Assembly: GCA_003427395.1 (NCBI GenBank)
Contig: BFEA01000034.1
Location: 2,485,098-2,549,097 of the forward strand
DNA from: Chara braunii
Lineage: Eukaryota; Plantae; Charophyceae
Length of the DNA: 64,000 bases
Direction: 5' to 3'
Under the pieces are notes generated by a model. That model saw only the letters and a program-made list of their open reading frames with translations. It made no database searches and was not told the DNA's origin. Shown piece by piece: positions 38,741 to 50,454 of the stretch (positions within the stretch are counted from its first letter, which is position 1; every line of letters starts with the position of its first letter). Position numbers and translations under genes: made by a program.

Positions 38741-39584
38741 GCCAAGACCCAACCAAGGCGAGTACCCCAAGGTCCTACTTTCTGCCTCTACCGTACTGCA
38801 AAAATGAATTTCAACTTCAAGAGAGAACCTACAGACTACATCCATTCACAAATGAAAATACAAAGCATTGTAGAAAGATGTGGCTTTCAAAGCAAGATAC
38901 TTCATTTCTACATCCAGAAGGTTAGTAAGTAGTAAGCACACCAATGCACACAACCAAGACTTCAGAGGAGTAGGAAAGAAACCCAAAAGTACCGCAACAA
39001 GACAAACAATGCCATGCACGCATACATGGGCGACCCTTAGGTGCACGACACTTACATGAGTGGCCCAGACTCTGAGATGAAGTATAACACACCCCCTTTC
39101 CTCATGTAGTCTTCCTAACCCTATTCGCTACCTCTACACTAGTGTCCTATCATGTAGGAGGGTCTCACTTCCAACACCAGTGTGCAACGCCGGATGCCCA
39201 GCTGATGCTGGAGAACAAAGTAGTAACTTGCAGTCCGTAGAAACAGAATGTCTACTTCCCTCAAGATCGCCTACTTGAGGGAAGCCCTCAAGTCACCAAG
39301 TGTCTCCCTTAGGTCAGATTCCAGGTGCGAGTGCCTCTCACTGTCGACTCTCTCAACTGTCGCATGAAGTCCTCTTGATGTGTCTCGCCACCACTTACAT
39401 ACTCACAATCAACCTGGTCAGGTTCAATGCCGACCCAGCATGACCTAACCAGGTGGGGGCAGCTTCCCTAAGCCACGCTGCCCCACTTCCCACTTCTAAC
39501 CAACCCTAACCCTAAGTGGTTAGCCCTTACCACTTAGGTTAGGGTTAGGGTGGGTAAGTCAACTCTCACCAGCAAGTAGAATCC

Positions 39585-39596
39585 GCTCCGATACCA
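39585..39596 (-). promoter_or_regulatory. Primer-binding site (tRNA-iMet)
   Basis: Minus strand TGGTATCGGAGC 1 nt after the 5' LTR. Confidence 0.92.
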
Positions 39597-39597
39597 A

Positions 39598-40812
39598 TGT
39601 TATGATCCTGGCCAATTTCGAGATACACATTCATCAGATAGTATAATGTCGTCCAACTGCAGAAAGAAATGAATGAACTTGAGAGGAGAGAGAGGGTAAG
39701 AAGAAGAAGAATAAGAAAGAAAGAAGAAGAAGATGATGTACACCAGCATAGACAAATGACAAAGCTCTTCTTCGTCGTCCAACACTCTCCTCCTCCTTTA
39801 CTCCTCCTCTCTTACTCGTACAAGAAATAATAGTTCAATGTTGAATGGCTGATCCAGAATCATGTCCGAGTTCCTCTTCTACTGCAGGTATCACTTGAGG
39901 TCCACCATAGCCATGGCCGCCTCCCTCACTCTTCACTCTCATAGGCCGAGGCTATGGTGGACTACTGGGCCTTGCCCTGATATCCAAAGGACAACCCAAG
40001 GCAGCTATGGCTGCTCCAGCTCAGGCTGCCATGCCTGACTCTGCCTCGAAGCTTCTTGGTGTGGCTCTACCCCCGCTGGGGTCTTCCTGCTGCAGCGCCC
40101 ACCAAGGTGATGAAGATGACTGCCACCATAGGCGCTCTTCGTCCTCCTCCGTGCCCTTGCTTCTTCCCCAGCAGCGCTGCTCCAAGCTAGCGCTGCTCCA
40201 GCCAGTGCTCCAACCAGTGTGTCGCCAAACTTGCACACGGACAATGAGGCTGGGCTCTTCGCCCGGCCTGGAGATATAGCGCGGCCTGCTTGCCGCTTGG
40301 GCAGTGACTTCCAGGCTGCTCGGCCTTCCCAGCAACCGGTACCTCCTCCCTTTCGGAGGGAATCATCATTGCAGACTCTGATATTGCCCGTACAGGCCTA
40401 GACTCAGACTGGTTGGACTGGTACCCGCCTAGACCTAGCCTACAACTACTGGGCCTCTCAAAATGCCACCTTTGTCTTCTTCCGCTCGGCCTCCAGTACC
40501 CGCACATCTACCTCTTCGGGGTGCAGTACCGGCCTACCTGCTACTTGAGTGTTTTTCCCCCGCTGCAATCCCTCAATATCACGGGCACAGGTAAGTACCG
40601 GCCCTGAGGGCCCAACGAATGGGCAAGTACCCTTGCGGGTCACACACACACTCAAGCCAACCAGCACTCAGACAGACATCAGACCAGCAAGCATGCACAC
40701 GCACACAGACATGCAGAACTTAGTGGCAAGGGGGAAACTCAGCAAGGCATTCAGCCCGTGAGCAAAACTCAGAAATCAGCTGTGTCTCAGTCCGTGTTTG
40801 GTCGGGTCATCA

Positions 40813-40814
<2 letters not shown>
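39598..40814 (-). repeat. 5' LTR
   Basis: Homologous to 30464-31655 with substitutions and several indels. Confidence 0.95.

Positions 40815-40815
<1 letters not shown>

Positions 40816-40899
<84 letters not shown>
40816..40899. repeat. (GT)n(GA)n microsatellite
   Basis: Direct reading. Confidence 0.97.
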
Positions 40900-41129
40900 C
40901 CAGATAAGTCTCCAACCTCGCAGCTGGCGTCATGCTACATCCATCGATAGTATGAGCAAAATCGAATTAATCTTCCTCTAGAACATGGATGAGCAAAATC
41001 GAATGAATCTTTCACTAGAACATGGAAATGTACACTACCTGGTTGAATATGGCCGACAGCTGCCATACAACACTTTCTGTAATAGACAGCGCAGTGCGAA
41101 GCAAAAAAAGACCCCGTTCATAAAGCCGC

Positions 41130-41250
41130 GCCAACACCAACCCAAAAAAAAAAATGGCCGTAAACAAAAAACCACGTTGGGGCCACAAAGCCACGCCAAC
41201 ACCAACCCAAAAAAAAAACGGCTGTAAACAAAAACCGCGCCGGGCCCACG
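41130..41250. repeat. ~65-bp imperfect tandem duplication
   Basis: CCAACACCAACCC(A)n.GGC.GTAAAC(A)nCC.CG..GGG x2. Confidence 0.8.
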
Positions 41251-41552
41251 GTGCACCGGCCCCGCATGGGAAAAAGGTCTCAGCGGGACGCATCACACGA
41301 GACCCGCTGTTGCCTTTAAGAGTATAGGGATAATCAGGACTCTGGGAGCGCACCCTGCCCATCTGGCAAAATGGTACAGTGAGACTGTTTATCACAAGTT
41401 CGAATCCAGCCAAAATCAGTGGATACCCTAGGAGCTACCTCCTTACCCTCCTTCAACAACTCTGGGAATGGATGATGCAAGAACTCCTGGTTCAACTGAT
41501 GGGGCCTATCCCTTTTTTACAGGGAGATGGCCTTTTTAAATAAATAAAAAAT

Positions 41553-42198
41553 GGCTCCATCTATTGGTGGGGAGCTTCACCTGCTGGAAACCGGGTCCAG
41601 CGTCCCTTGACAACATGAATGGAAATAAAAGTGCCTCTTCACCACGAAAGGGCGCCAGATTCAAACAACATTACCCTAGCACTNNACCTTTATTATCTAC
41701 CCATCCTGCAATTACAGGCTCAACCCTAGTCTCAACTTTGTTTATTTCCATACCAAACACTTGAGACCAGACTCAGCTNTGAGAGNGAACNTCCATAGNA
41801 TTATTCATACCCATACCANGCTCNTGAGACCATACTCAAAGCTGAGGGGGGAAAGGGGTCTGGGAAATCCGATACTGGTCGTAAGGGGATTACTGGGTCT
41901 ATCACAGTCCAATCATTAAAAGCTAGGTAATAATCTCGACTCAGTTCCTCTTCTTCACTTCTCTTTGCCCCTTCCCATTTAACCTTCCCTATCTTTCCCC
42001 CATGGGTTCCTGCTAGCCAGCATTGGTTGAATCGTTGAATGTGTTGAAGTATTTCTTTTTGTGAAGATAAAAATTTTACCTTTTCCTTACACTGTTCCCA
42101 TCTTGAAATGATGTCTGTTTGTATTTGTTGTTTAACTGTGTCATTGAATTCAGGTCCATCAAGCCTTACTCCTTGAAGTTTGAACTGACCGGCCCCAG
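41553..42198 (-). mobile_element. LINE 3' fragment (ORF2 C-terminus + motif copy 4 at 41553-41606)
   Basis: SRDYYLAFNDWTVIDPVIPLRPVSDFPDPFPP..WYG; motif GGGACGCTGGACCCGGTTTCCAGCAGGTGAAGCTCCCCACCAATAGATGGAGC. Confidence 0.8.
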
Positions 42199-42566
42199 AT
42201 TTTTTTTTTTTTTTTGGTTGAAAGCCCCTGTGTAAGCCGTCCACCCCGGCGGTGGTAAGAGAACTGTCCGAATTGAGGGCTATCTATTGGGCTGCTCCAT
42301 CTATTGGTGGGGAGCGGCACCTGCTGAAAACCGGGTCCAGTGTCCCATTAAAAATAACATGGATCACGGGGATTGTTGTCTGTTGTTTCTGTGGCTGCGG
42401 CCATTTCTGTTAAGTACCCGAGGCTCTGATTATCCCATGGAGCTGCCAGTAACTTTTATCTATGACCCCAGCCCTGTTGCGGCAGCCCCCTTGTTCAGTG
42501 TTTCCCTGTCCGGCCCTTGGCACCCTTTAAGCCCTAAACCCTCATTAAACCCTTGCGCGGCATTCA
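42199..42566 (-). mobile_element. Short retroelement 3' end (motif copy 5 at 42294-42346) with poly(A)
   Basis: Poly(T) at 42199-42216 on the + strand; motif GGGACACTGGACCCGGTTTTCAGCAGGTGCCGCTCCCCACCAATAGATGGAGC. Confidence 0.75.
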
Positions 42567-44745
42567 TTTTTTTTTTTTTTTTTTAAACAAACAACCTGAG
42601 AGGATGCTAGGGGTGCTGGTAAGAGCAGACACCACTAGCATTTCCCAGGGAGCTCCATCTATTGGTGGGGAGCAGCACCTGCTGGAAAGCGGGTCCAGTG
42701 TCCCTGAACATTTAGTTTGCTTCTTCAAACAAATATGCAGTTGTAATGACAGCCAGAAGGCGGCCTTATCTGCAAGCGTTGAATTTTGGCAGGCAGCATT
42801 ACGCATCAAACGGAGCTGCTTGCCTACCTTACAGCCTACTTCTAGCTTAATCCTGTTCCGTATCGTTCATTGCCGGTTTTGTAGTTGTTGTTTTGGTTGT
42901 GGTCTGCATGCTTTCACAGATCAGGGCTCCATTCTCCCTCGGGGCTGCCAATGTTACTCTTCCCTGCCCTTTTGGAGATCTGTGTATTCAGACCACGACT
43001 CAGACCCAGAGTCGCCCAATGTCATGATTTGGGGCTCACCGCCCTCATCTGTGCTCGACCAGGTCAATTCTGGGTGTCCACAGCCCCCCATTCGGTGTTG
43101 TTATGTCTGTGTCCTCAATACTTCCTTGACCCCTCAACCCTTCTGTTGTCCGTCGCAGGATGGTTCATGGTGACTTGGCGCCTCCCGTGCTGAGTGGCAT
43201 GTAACCGCAATGTTGACATCGTTGTGATCGCAGTCCTTTTTCCAAACCCTGCTGTTACGCAGCCCCTGCAGTCCCTTCTTCTCAGTCCTGCTTCGTATCT
43301 TCGTAGAGTTGTGTACTCGTCTCATTAGACTGTGATGGACCCGTGATGATCGGAATGTTGAGGTGCTGGGGAGGCGACTGGGGAACCTGAGAGGGCGGTG
43401 GGGGAGGAGGGGAGGGCGGTGGGGGAGAGGGGGGGGGGGAAGGGACAGAATGGGAAATTGCCCCGGGGGATGGGTCGGTGCACTATCTGCAACAAGCACG
43501 AAGTTTGTTGGGAGGTAGGGGACCTCGAAGCAGTTGAAGGGCCTCCTTTCCCGAGTCGATTCTGTGGTCCTCCAAGGTTTCCACCGGATGTCTAGGCAGG
43601 CAGGCAGTTCTGAGAATCTGCTATTCGGATCCAGCCACAATTGGCGGTAAGACAGAGCTAATATTTCCCTGGCAGTCGGGTCCTTCTCCTCCTGTCTCTT
43701 ATACACATCTAGATGTGTATAAGAGACAGGTTGAAGGGCCTCCTTTCCCGAGTCGATTCTGTGGTCCTCCAAGGTTTCCACCGGATGTCTAGGCAGGCAG
43801 GCAGTTCTGAGAATCTGCTATTCGGATCCAGCCACAATTGGCGGTAAGACAGAGCTAATATTTCCCTGGCAGTCGGGTCCTTCTCCTCTCGGCACGCCTC
43901 TTTCATTTCTCTCCATGCATCTTGCGTTCGGGTTCTGATTTCTTCTTCTATTGCCTGTTGTGCTTGTTGCAGGCCGAATTGATGGTATTTTCTTTCAAAT
44001 GCACATCTAGCTCGCCATGCAAGCATTAGCACGGGCAGACGCATGTAGGTGAAGAGATTGGATGCGAAAGGAGACCATCGAGTCAGCAAGTGCTGATTTT
44101 TGCGTAGGAGAAGGAGACCCAAGTCCCAGGGGATGCGATACCCTGTAAGGAAGTGGAATGCTGCGTCCCACCACTGCCATGTTTGGGTGACCATTGGACA
44201 CACCAGCAGGCAGTGTCCCAGAGTTGCCCTGGCTGGCGGCGTTGCTCTTCCACAGTATGAGCAGATGGGGGACAACAATCATTTTTGTTCCAAGTTCGTT
44301 TTGGATACCAGGCAGTCGGGGGTGGGGAGGCAGCGATGCAATATCTGCCGTTGTAGGGATCTGGGGTTTGTTGGCATGATCTTGGAGTACCTGGCCCATG
44401 ACAGATTATGCATCAGTTGTGCCTCAAGCGGTGAGTCTCATTCTCATCTTTGGGTTACGATTTGGTCGAGGGGTAGGTTCGCACATGAGGCTCGGCAGGC
44501 CCCTTTAACTGTATACTCCCAGAAGTTCATGGGTTTGTGACCTGGCCATTCCCATTCGTCTAGGTCGAACGGCAGTCTTGCCACTGGCATGGTCGGTTCA
44601 TACTCATAGTATCCTTTGTCAGTGTCCCCCACCACTCTTACCTGCATAAGCCCTGCCCACTTCTCAGAGGCATCCAGGTCGTGGCATTCGTAATCTTTAG
44701 AGCATGAAGATCTACCATGGGTGGAGCGTGTTGCAGAGCAATGCA
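42567..44745 (-). mobile_element. 5'-truncated LINE: ORF2 C-terminus with CCHC knuckle, Pro-rich tail, 3' UTR with motif copy 6 (42596-42704), poly(A)
   Basis: LDEWEWP..FWEYTVK, ICSYCG..TLGHCLLVCP..WQWW, AWRARC; poly(T) at 42567-42584. Confidence 0.88.
43692..43729. other. Nextera mate-pair junction adapter; assembly artefact
   Basis: Exact 38-nt adapter; 43533-43691 is duplicated at 43730-43888. Confidence 0.98.
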
Positions 44746-44748
44746 ATG

Positions 44749-44955
44749 CAGCGCAACTGATTCTATAGGGAGAGATTATGCCCGTGCAACTACCTGACCG
44801 AGTGTGTGCTCAACTGCGAAGCAGATTAGACCATTATGAGATGAGGGGTGCAGTGCAGCTGACTCTGTAGGGAGAGATTATGCCCGAACAACTGCCTGAC
44901 CCAGTGTGTGCTCAGCTGCTAAGCAAATTAGACCGTTGTGAGGTGCGGGGCTGAC
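44749..44955. repeat. 102-bp tandem repeat, 2 copies
   Basis: AGGGAGAGATTATGCCCG..CAACT.CCTGACC.AGTGTGTGCTCA at 44767 and 44869. Confidence 0.9.
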
Positions 44956-46450
44956 TGTGTTGCCATTTCTTGCGTTTTCCCTGTCCTGTACTCTGTAATC
45001 TCACCTACTTCCTTTCTGACCCCACAACTGCTTTTATTAGTCCCATCTACATCGATCCACCCCTCGGTCATGTTGTTCTGGGTTGTGTGGTCAGCAGGGG
45101 TCCCCCCAGCCCCTGTACTGGAGGGGAGCCGTGCTCACCATCATTAGTACTCGGGTCCGGCGCAGGGCAGCCGTATTGTCATTGATGAGATGTTGAGAAG
45201 TTGTTGTATCATTTGTTGTTGTTGTCTGTTGTCGTTGAAAGTTGTTGATATGCTTGCGATGTGAGTTGGCTGGCCAACCGGTGGGGAAGGTCTGGGATCG
45301 GAAGAGGGGCAGGCGGAAGTGTGGAGCAGGGCAGATAGGGAGGGAAAGAGAGAGACTGCGTAAGGGGAGGGGTCTTTGTCAGTGGGGCAGGCGGAGGGGA
45401 CTGAGGAGGGGGGGGACGGAGTGCAGAGTGGGAGGTCATCGGAGAGGGAGGGGGTGGCGAAGGTGTACGGGGAGGGCGGCTGGTTGGGATCGGAGGATGG
45501 GGTGTTGGGGTCGGGGGGGCCAAGTCAACCGGGAGGGGGGGAGGGGGCACAGGGACCGATGCAGGTGGGCAGGGCGGCGAAGGTTGAGGCCATGGCAAAG
45601 GGGGGGCGGAAGGGGGGACAGGGGGGGATCCAACGTGCGGGATGTGATCCTGTCGCCTGGGACTCAGGTTTCCTTCTGTCATTGCGCCTGTAATCCGACC
45701 TGGCAGTGGCGTAGGAAAGCATTCTGGTGGTCTATAAATCCAGTGGTGGTCCTGTGCCATCCAGTTTTTCCACAATATCTTTCCGTTTTCCTGCACCCCG
45801 ACCAATTTTTGGTGCGGGTCGATCCAGTTTTCCACAAAGGTCTCTAGTAATTTTTGCCTGGCCATCTTGTCAGGGGTCGTTGCCATAGACTCTGCCAGTT
45901 TTTTGTTGACTTTTAACATGTTTTCCCGGATAACCTCTGCAAGTTCGGCTTTGGCTTGGTGGAAGCCAAAGGCAGCGTCTTGCCTTTCAGCTGAGCATCT
46001 CATTCTTCATATTACCATGAGGAGAGCAAGCCTCATGGTCTTGAAGAGGTTTGCTTGAAAAGGTGACCACCCTGTCGGATAATCCAAAGGTTTGCCTAGG
46101 AGGATAAGAGCAATGTTCCACTGGAAGGTTGATCTAGTTATGTCATGCCACAATGCATCCCACCATTGCCACACCTGCACCGCCATCGGGCATACAATCA
46201 GGCAGTGCTCCAAATCGGCGCACCTGCGTTGTGCGGTAGGGCCACAGTGGGAGCAAATAGGGGAGGGGAGATCTGCTTGCTCCAGGTTGGATCGGGATCC
46301 TATGGGAGAACGCGTCGGCCCAGCTCAAAGTCCCCTGCCCCCAGGGTGGCAGAGCTCCCACAATCGATGAGGCGAACCTCCCACAGAGGCCTTGACACAG
46401 ATTATGGGTTTCAATCCCGTCTGCCGCCTTCCTCTCGTAACCACAGACTA
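44750..46450 (-). mobile_element. 5'-truncated LINE ORF2 C-terminus with CCHC knuckle and long Pro-rich tail
   Basis: ICSHCG..DLEHCLIVCPMAVQVWQWW, MRLALL, homologous to the 43709-44278 protein. Confidence 0.82.
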
Positions 46451-48273
46451 GACTAAGAGTGAGAAGGGCAGAAGAAGAGAAGTTAAGTCACTCATATACA
46501 AGAGAGGTGCACTCAAACTCGCGTGAGAGGGCCTTGATACCTTGACGCGCCTGAGGGTCCCGCAATGGCAGACAAAGATCGCAGCAGAATGGTCAAACCA
46601 CAGCCAGACTCAGAACAGCAGCACTCAGACGAGCCTCCAAGTTACAGCAGTAACTCCTCTTCCAAGCCTGGTCATTCCCTCAAGTCACAACGTCTCACTC
46701 TCTTGATCAGACCGCCGCTGCGCAAGCTAGGACGACAACGTTTATATAGTGCACACCCCCATGTGCTCTGTTGAAAACATGAATAGGATAGAACAATTTC
46801 CCCCAAAAACCTGTGCGCACAGCAGTCATGCGTAGCAGCCCATAAAAGCACGGTCTCCAGACAACACAGACTGGGTCCCACGCTAGGCAGGAGTTTGTCA
46901 GTTCGTGTGCACAATCAGAAATGTACGGCCACCGCTTCCTACCAACAACCTGGCTCACACTCGTACCTTTTGCAACAATTCATGGCAGCGGGTAGTGCAC
47001 TTTGCACAGGCTTCCTCCATTTTGTAGGCCAAGCTCTATCATTCCTCCGTCACACACAGACCATCGGTATCTGCTAAGCCCGCCTCAGTCAGACTCCCCG
47101 TTCAACCCTGCGGCTGAGGGAGCCATCTATAGTTCACAAGGTACAGCATTCCCTTTCAGGCGTGCGTAACCCTCACGGTCTAGCTTTGCAGACTACAGAT
47201 GACTCCTTCTCCGTAGATCAACTTCAACTCCAAGGCCCGAGCAGATCATAGTCCAGCCCTGTTCGCTGCATCCGCTCACTTAATTGGCCATAAGCAGCAC
47301 TTCGCTCGCCCCTCGCTGCTAGATCAGATGACCACTGCGCAGTACCGCAAAGCAACGGTGTGCAACAACCTCGTGGCGCTATGCAACAAGCAAAGTGGAA
47401 AACCCGGTAAAGCACATTACGCACAACCACCACGCGCAGTACTAGGCTCAGCAGCTCACCTTCGGTTCACCTCATCTTGCTAGTTCTTCGAGGTAGGCTT
47501 TCTCTCTCTCACACATGGTAAGCACACACCCCAGCTGTCTAACTGCCTGCCTATGTTGTAAGCACCCAAAGCAGGAGAGCGACCTTTCGGCCTGAGCTCC
47601 TCCTCCCTCTTTCCAGCCAACCTACTGTATTTCATGTCTGGCATCTGGAGGTTTCCTGCAAGTAAGTTCCTCCTCATAGCAGCCTGGGTAGATACTCCGC
47701 CTGTCTGGTTCGTATTTGTCCAACAATTACTTCACCTTTAGACTATACACCACCACTGCACCTGCTATGGCTGAAACCCCCTCCTCAAACTGTTCAATTG
47801 GCCGATCCTACCGTAGAAACGGTCGGTGACATTTTTCTTTTCCCCTTTTACGTCACGGCTCCTAGTTCACACATGCATTTAGTCATCGACCCGGCCAGAT
47901 TTGTTCGAAGCACGGAGGAATACAATCAAGCGAGACCAACCCGATCACAAACGGGTGAAGAAAAGTACGCAATAGCGATGGCCACAGCCGCGACGAAGTA
48001 CAACAGGCTTGGCGACGGTCTTGATCAGAAATTGGAATATCGAGCTACACGTTGCACTTTGCCCCTCTCCATATGTGCAAAACGAGAGTGAATGTTCCGC
48101 AGCAACGTGACCAAATGCACTACCTCCTAGCCATGCGTGCAGAGAGATACAGAGGCGCTACTCCTGATAATAGGATGAGAAAAATCGAGATGAATCCTCC
48201 GCTAGGATATCACTAGAATCATGCCTTCCTACCTTACTGCTACTGCTGACTCCGGGCAGGTGAGTACCCGATT

Positions 48274-48278
<5 letters not shown>

Positions 48279-48356
<78 letters not shown>
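48279..48356. repeat. (TC)n microsatellite
   Basis: Direct reading. Confidence 0.98.
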
Positions 48357-48358
<2 letters not shown>

Positions 48359-49959
48359 CGTTGATGCTCCCTCTTCATTAGTTTGTGCTTAATCAACATG
48401 AATCTATCGCTAAAACGTGGAAAGATACATCTGAAATTTTGAAGCCCCTACTAGTAGTCGCACAGTCCCCCAAGCCCATATTGATCGAAGCATTACCTGA
48501 CTCAAGAATCGGTCGCGGCCATTGAATTCATAGCGACCAAAAATCCCGATCGGAGTTTTCCCTTGCTCGATTCCACCCACAAACGAGCGAGATCCAGATT
48601 GTCACTCCCTCCAATGCTCGTTTCCACCATGCCCACGCGCAGCACATTTTCACTATGCAGCTAAACTAACTACTAATCTTCATATCCGATCTTACCAACA
48701 GATTCACCATATCTCAAAACTCCTACTTCGCATTTTTCCTCGCCCGATTCTGTCAAGAATCGGACGAGGTAATCGATTTTCACTCTCACCCTATCCGTCA
48801 TCTCCTTTCCTCCGCGCAGCACTTTCACCTACTAACTCCCTATCTACTAGCTCTCTAACCAATTTGTCTTCAGATTTGGGGTCGCCCACCCCGAAAACCT
48901 CCATTTACCATGTCCTCCCGCTCGATTTCATTAAGAAATGACCGTGGAATCACTTTTCCTCTCCTGCCATAGCTATTTTCCCTCGTCGATGCCTTTCTGC
49001 CTGCTTCGCTCGCACCTAGCACAATTAGACGACCAGATTCATTCTTTGCCTTTTTCTGCCCTTGGCTGCCTTCGTACTCCGTCACTGGCACTCCGCCCCT
49101 CGTTTGAAGATGACGGACGTGCACATGAGGAAGAAGGTCTATGCCTGCAGCAATGCCTCCTTAATGGCGAGCCAGAAGACTAAACCACTATGGTGGACAC
49201 GACGATTGAGGATGCGTGGTCACATGCGCGTCTCTGTTATTTTCCCAAACAACCAGCTGAGAATGAATCTCCCCCTAAACATGAGGGGAATACATTATGT
49301 TTTTGCATGTTTAACAAAATCTCACTCCCCGGCGCAGCTGCTACAGCTCATATCTCGAAGCCTATCTACTAACATCAAAATCTAACCTCATAATCCGACT
49401 CGCAGCTACTAAAAACCCCTATTTAGCATTCTCCCTCGCCCAATTCTGTGGAGAAACGAGAGAGATGGACGTTTTCAATTCTCGCTCTCCCTTCTTCCCT
49501 CAACATTTCCGCACACAGCCTTTCTCTGCTATCACCCATTCGACTAATCTAGCACTGAAAGTAACCTCACCATTGTACTTGCCCTATTGCAAAACCCCTA
49601 TCTACCATCTTTCCGCGCTTGTTTTCACCAAGAAACGAGCGGCATATGCGTTTTTCAGCTCCCGCCATAGCCACTCCCCCGTCGCTGCGTCCTTCCCGCC
49701 TTCTTTTCTTACCTTCGTCTTTTTCTTTGTCCGCTGCTTTCCCTCGATGATAACGCAGCGCCTGATAGGGCCTGATCCCATAGCGGTCCTGATGTCAAAA
49801 CTGAAACTCCATCAGCTTCGTTGTGGGAGAGCATGGCCTTTATCACTCAACTCGGCCAGACCGCGGGTGATGGTCGCTGCAACAATCCCGTCCACAGGAG
49901 AGTCTGGGTTCATTCCCTTGTGTAAGAGGCTACCAGCTACGTGGCTAAAAAGGAAAGGA

Positions 49960-50454
49960 AAATTATTATTATTATTATTATTTTATAAAGGTGTCTAGCC
50001 AGATGTATCCAACCTCGGCCATCGACATGGTGCACACGAGCGGGTCCTCTCCCACACGTTGTGCAGGCGATTGCACTCAGAGCACACTCACACTGGCACT
50101 TCTCCGTATGCACCTAAGGACAGCCACGCTCACATCCAGAAATATTGGGCTACGTCCCAAGGAACCATCCGTAGGACTCACACAGAGAAAAACTGGCCAG
50201 CCCATGTATTTCCTCATGATCGTATTTTGGTCTTTTGATTGTAGTTGGGTTTGAATTGGGTCTGTACTTTAACAGTTCGAGGGTGTACTAGATGAGTGAG
50301 GCCTGGCGGTGCCAAGGTACAACCTGAGCCCAGCAGGATCGAACTCGAACCTGCGTTTCAACAGTTCATGGGTGTACCATATGAGCCAGGCCCGCAGTTG
50401 TTGTTCCCACATGCCTATTTTTAGCAGTTTGCGGGTGTACCAACTTAGCTAGGT
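49960..50454 (-). mobile_element. Candidate SINE with three tandem tRNA-like units and (TAA)n tail
   Basis: Minus-strand A boxes TAGCTAAGTTGG (50440-50451) and TGGCTCATATGG (50377-50388), B box GTTCGATCC (50336-50344), shared GTACACCC...AACTG in 3 units; (TTA)n on + near 49963-49982. Confidence 0.5.

Larger units (their letters stand above)
30464..40814 (-). mobile_element. Full-length decayed Ty3/gypsy chromovirus LTR retrotransposon
   Basis: Two ~1.2-kb direct repeats with TG...CA ends, tRNA-iMet PBS, PPT, and gag-PR-RT-RH-IN-chromodomain order on the minus strand. Confidence 0.95.

Noticed and set aside
46450-48270. Possible host-gene exons
   Set aside because: Only short ORFs with no recognisable motif or consistent splice structure
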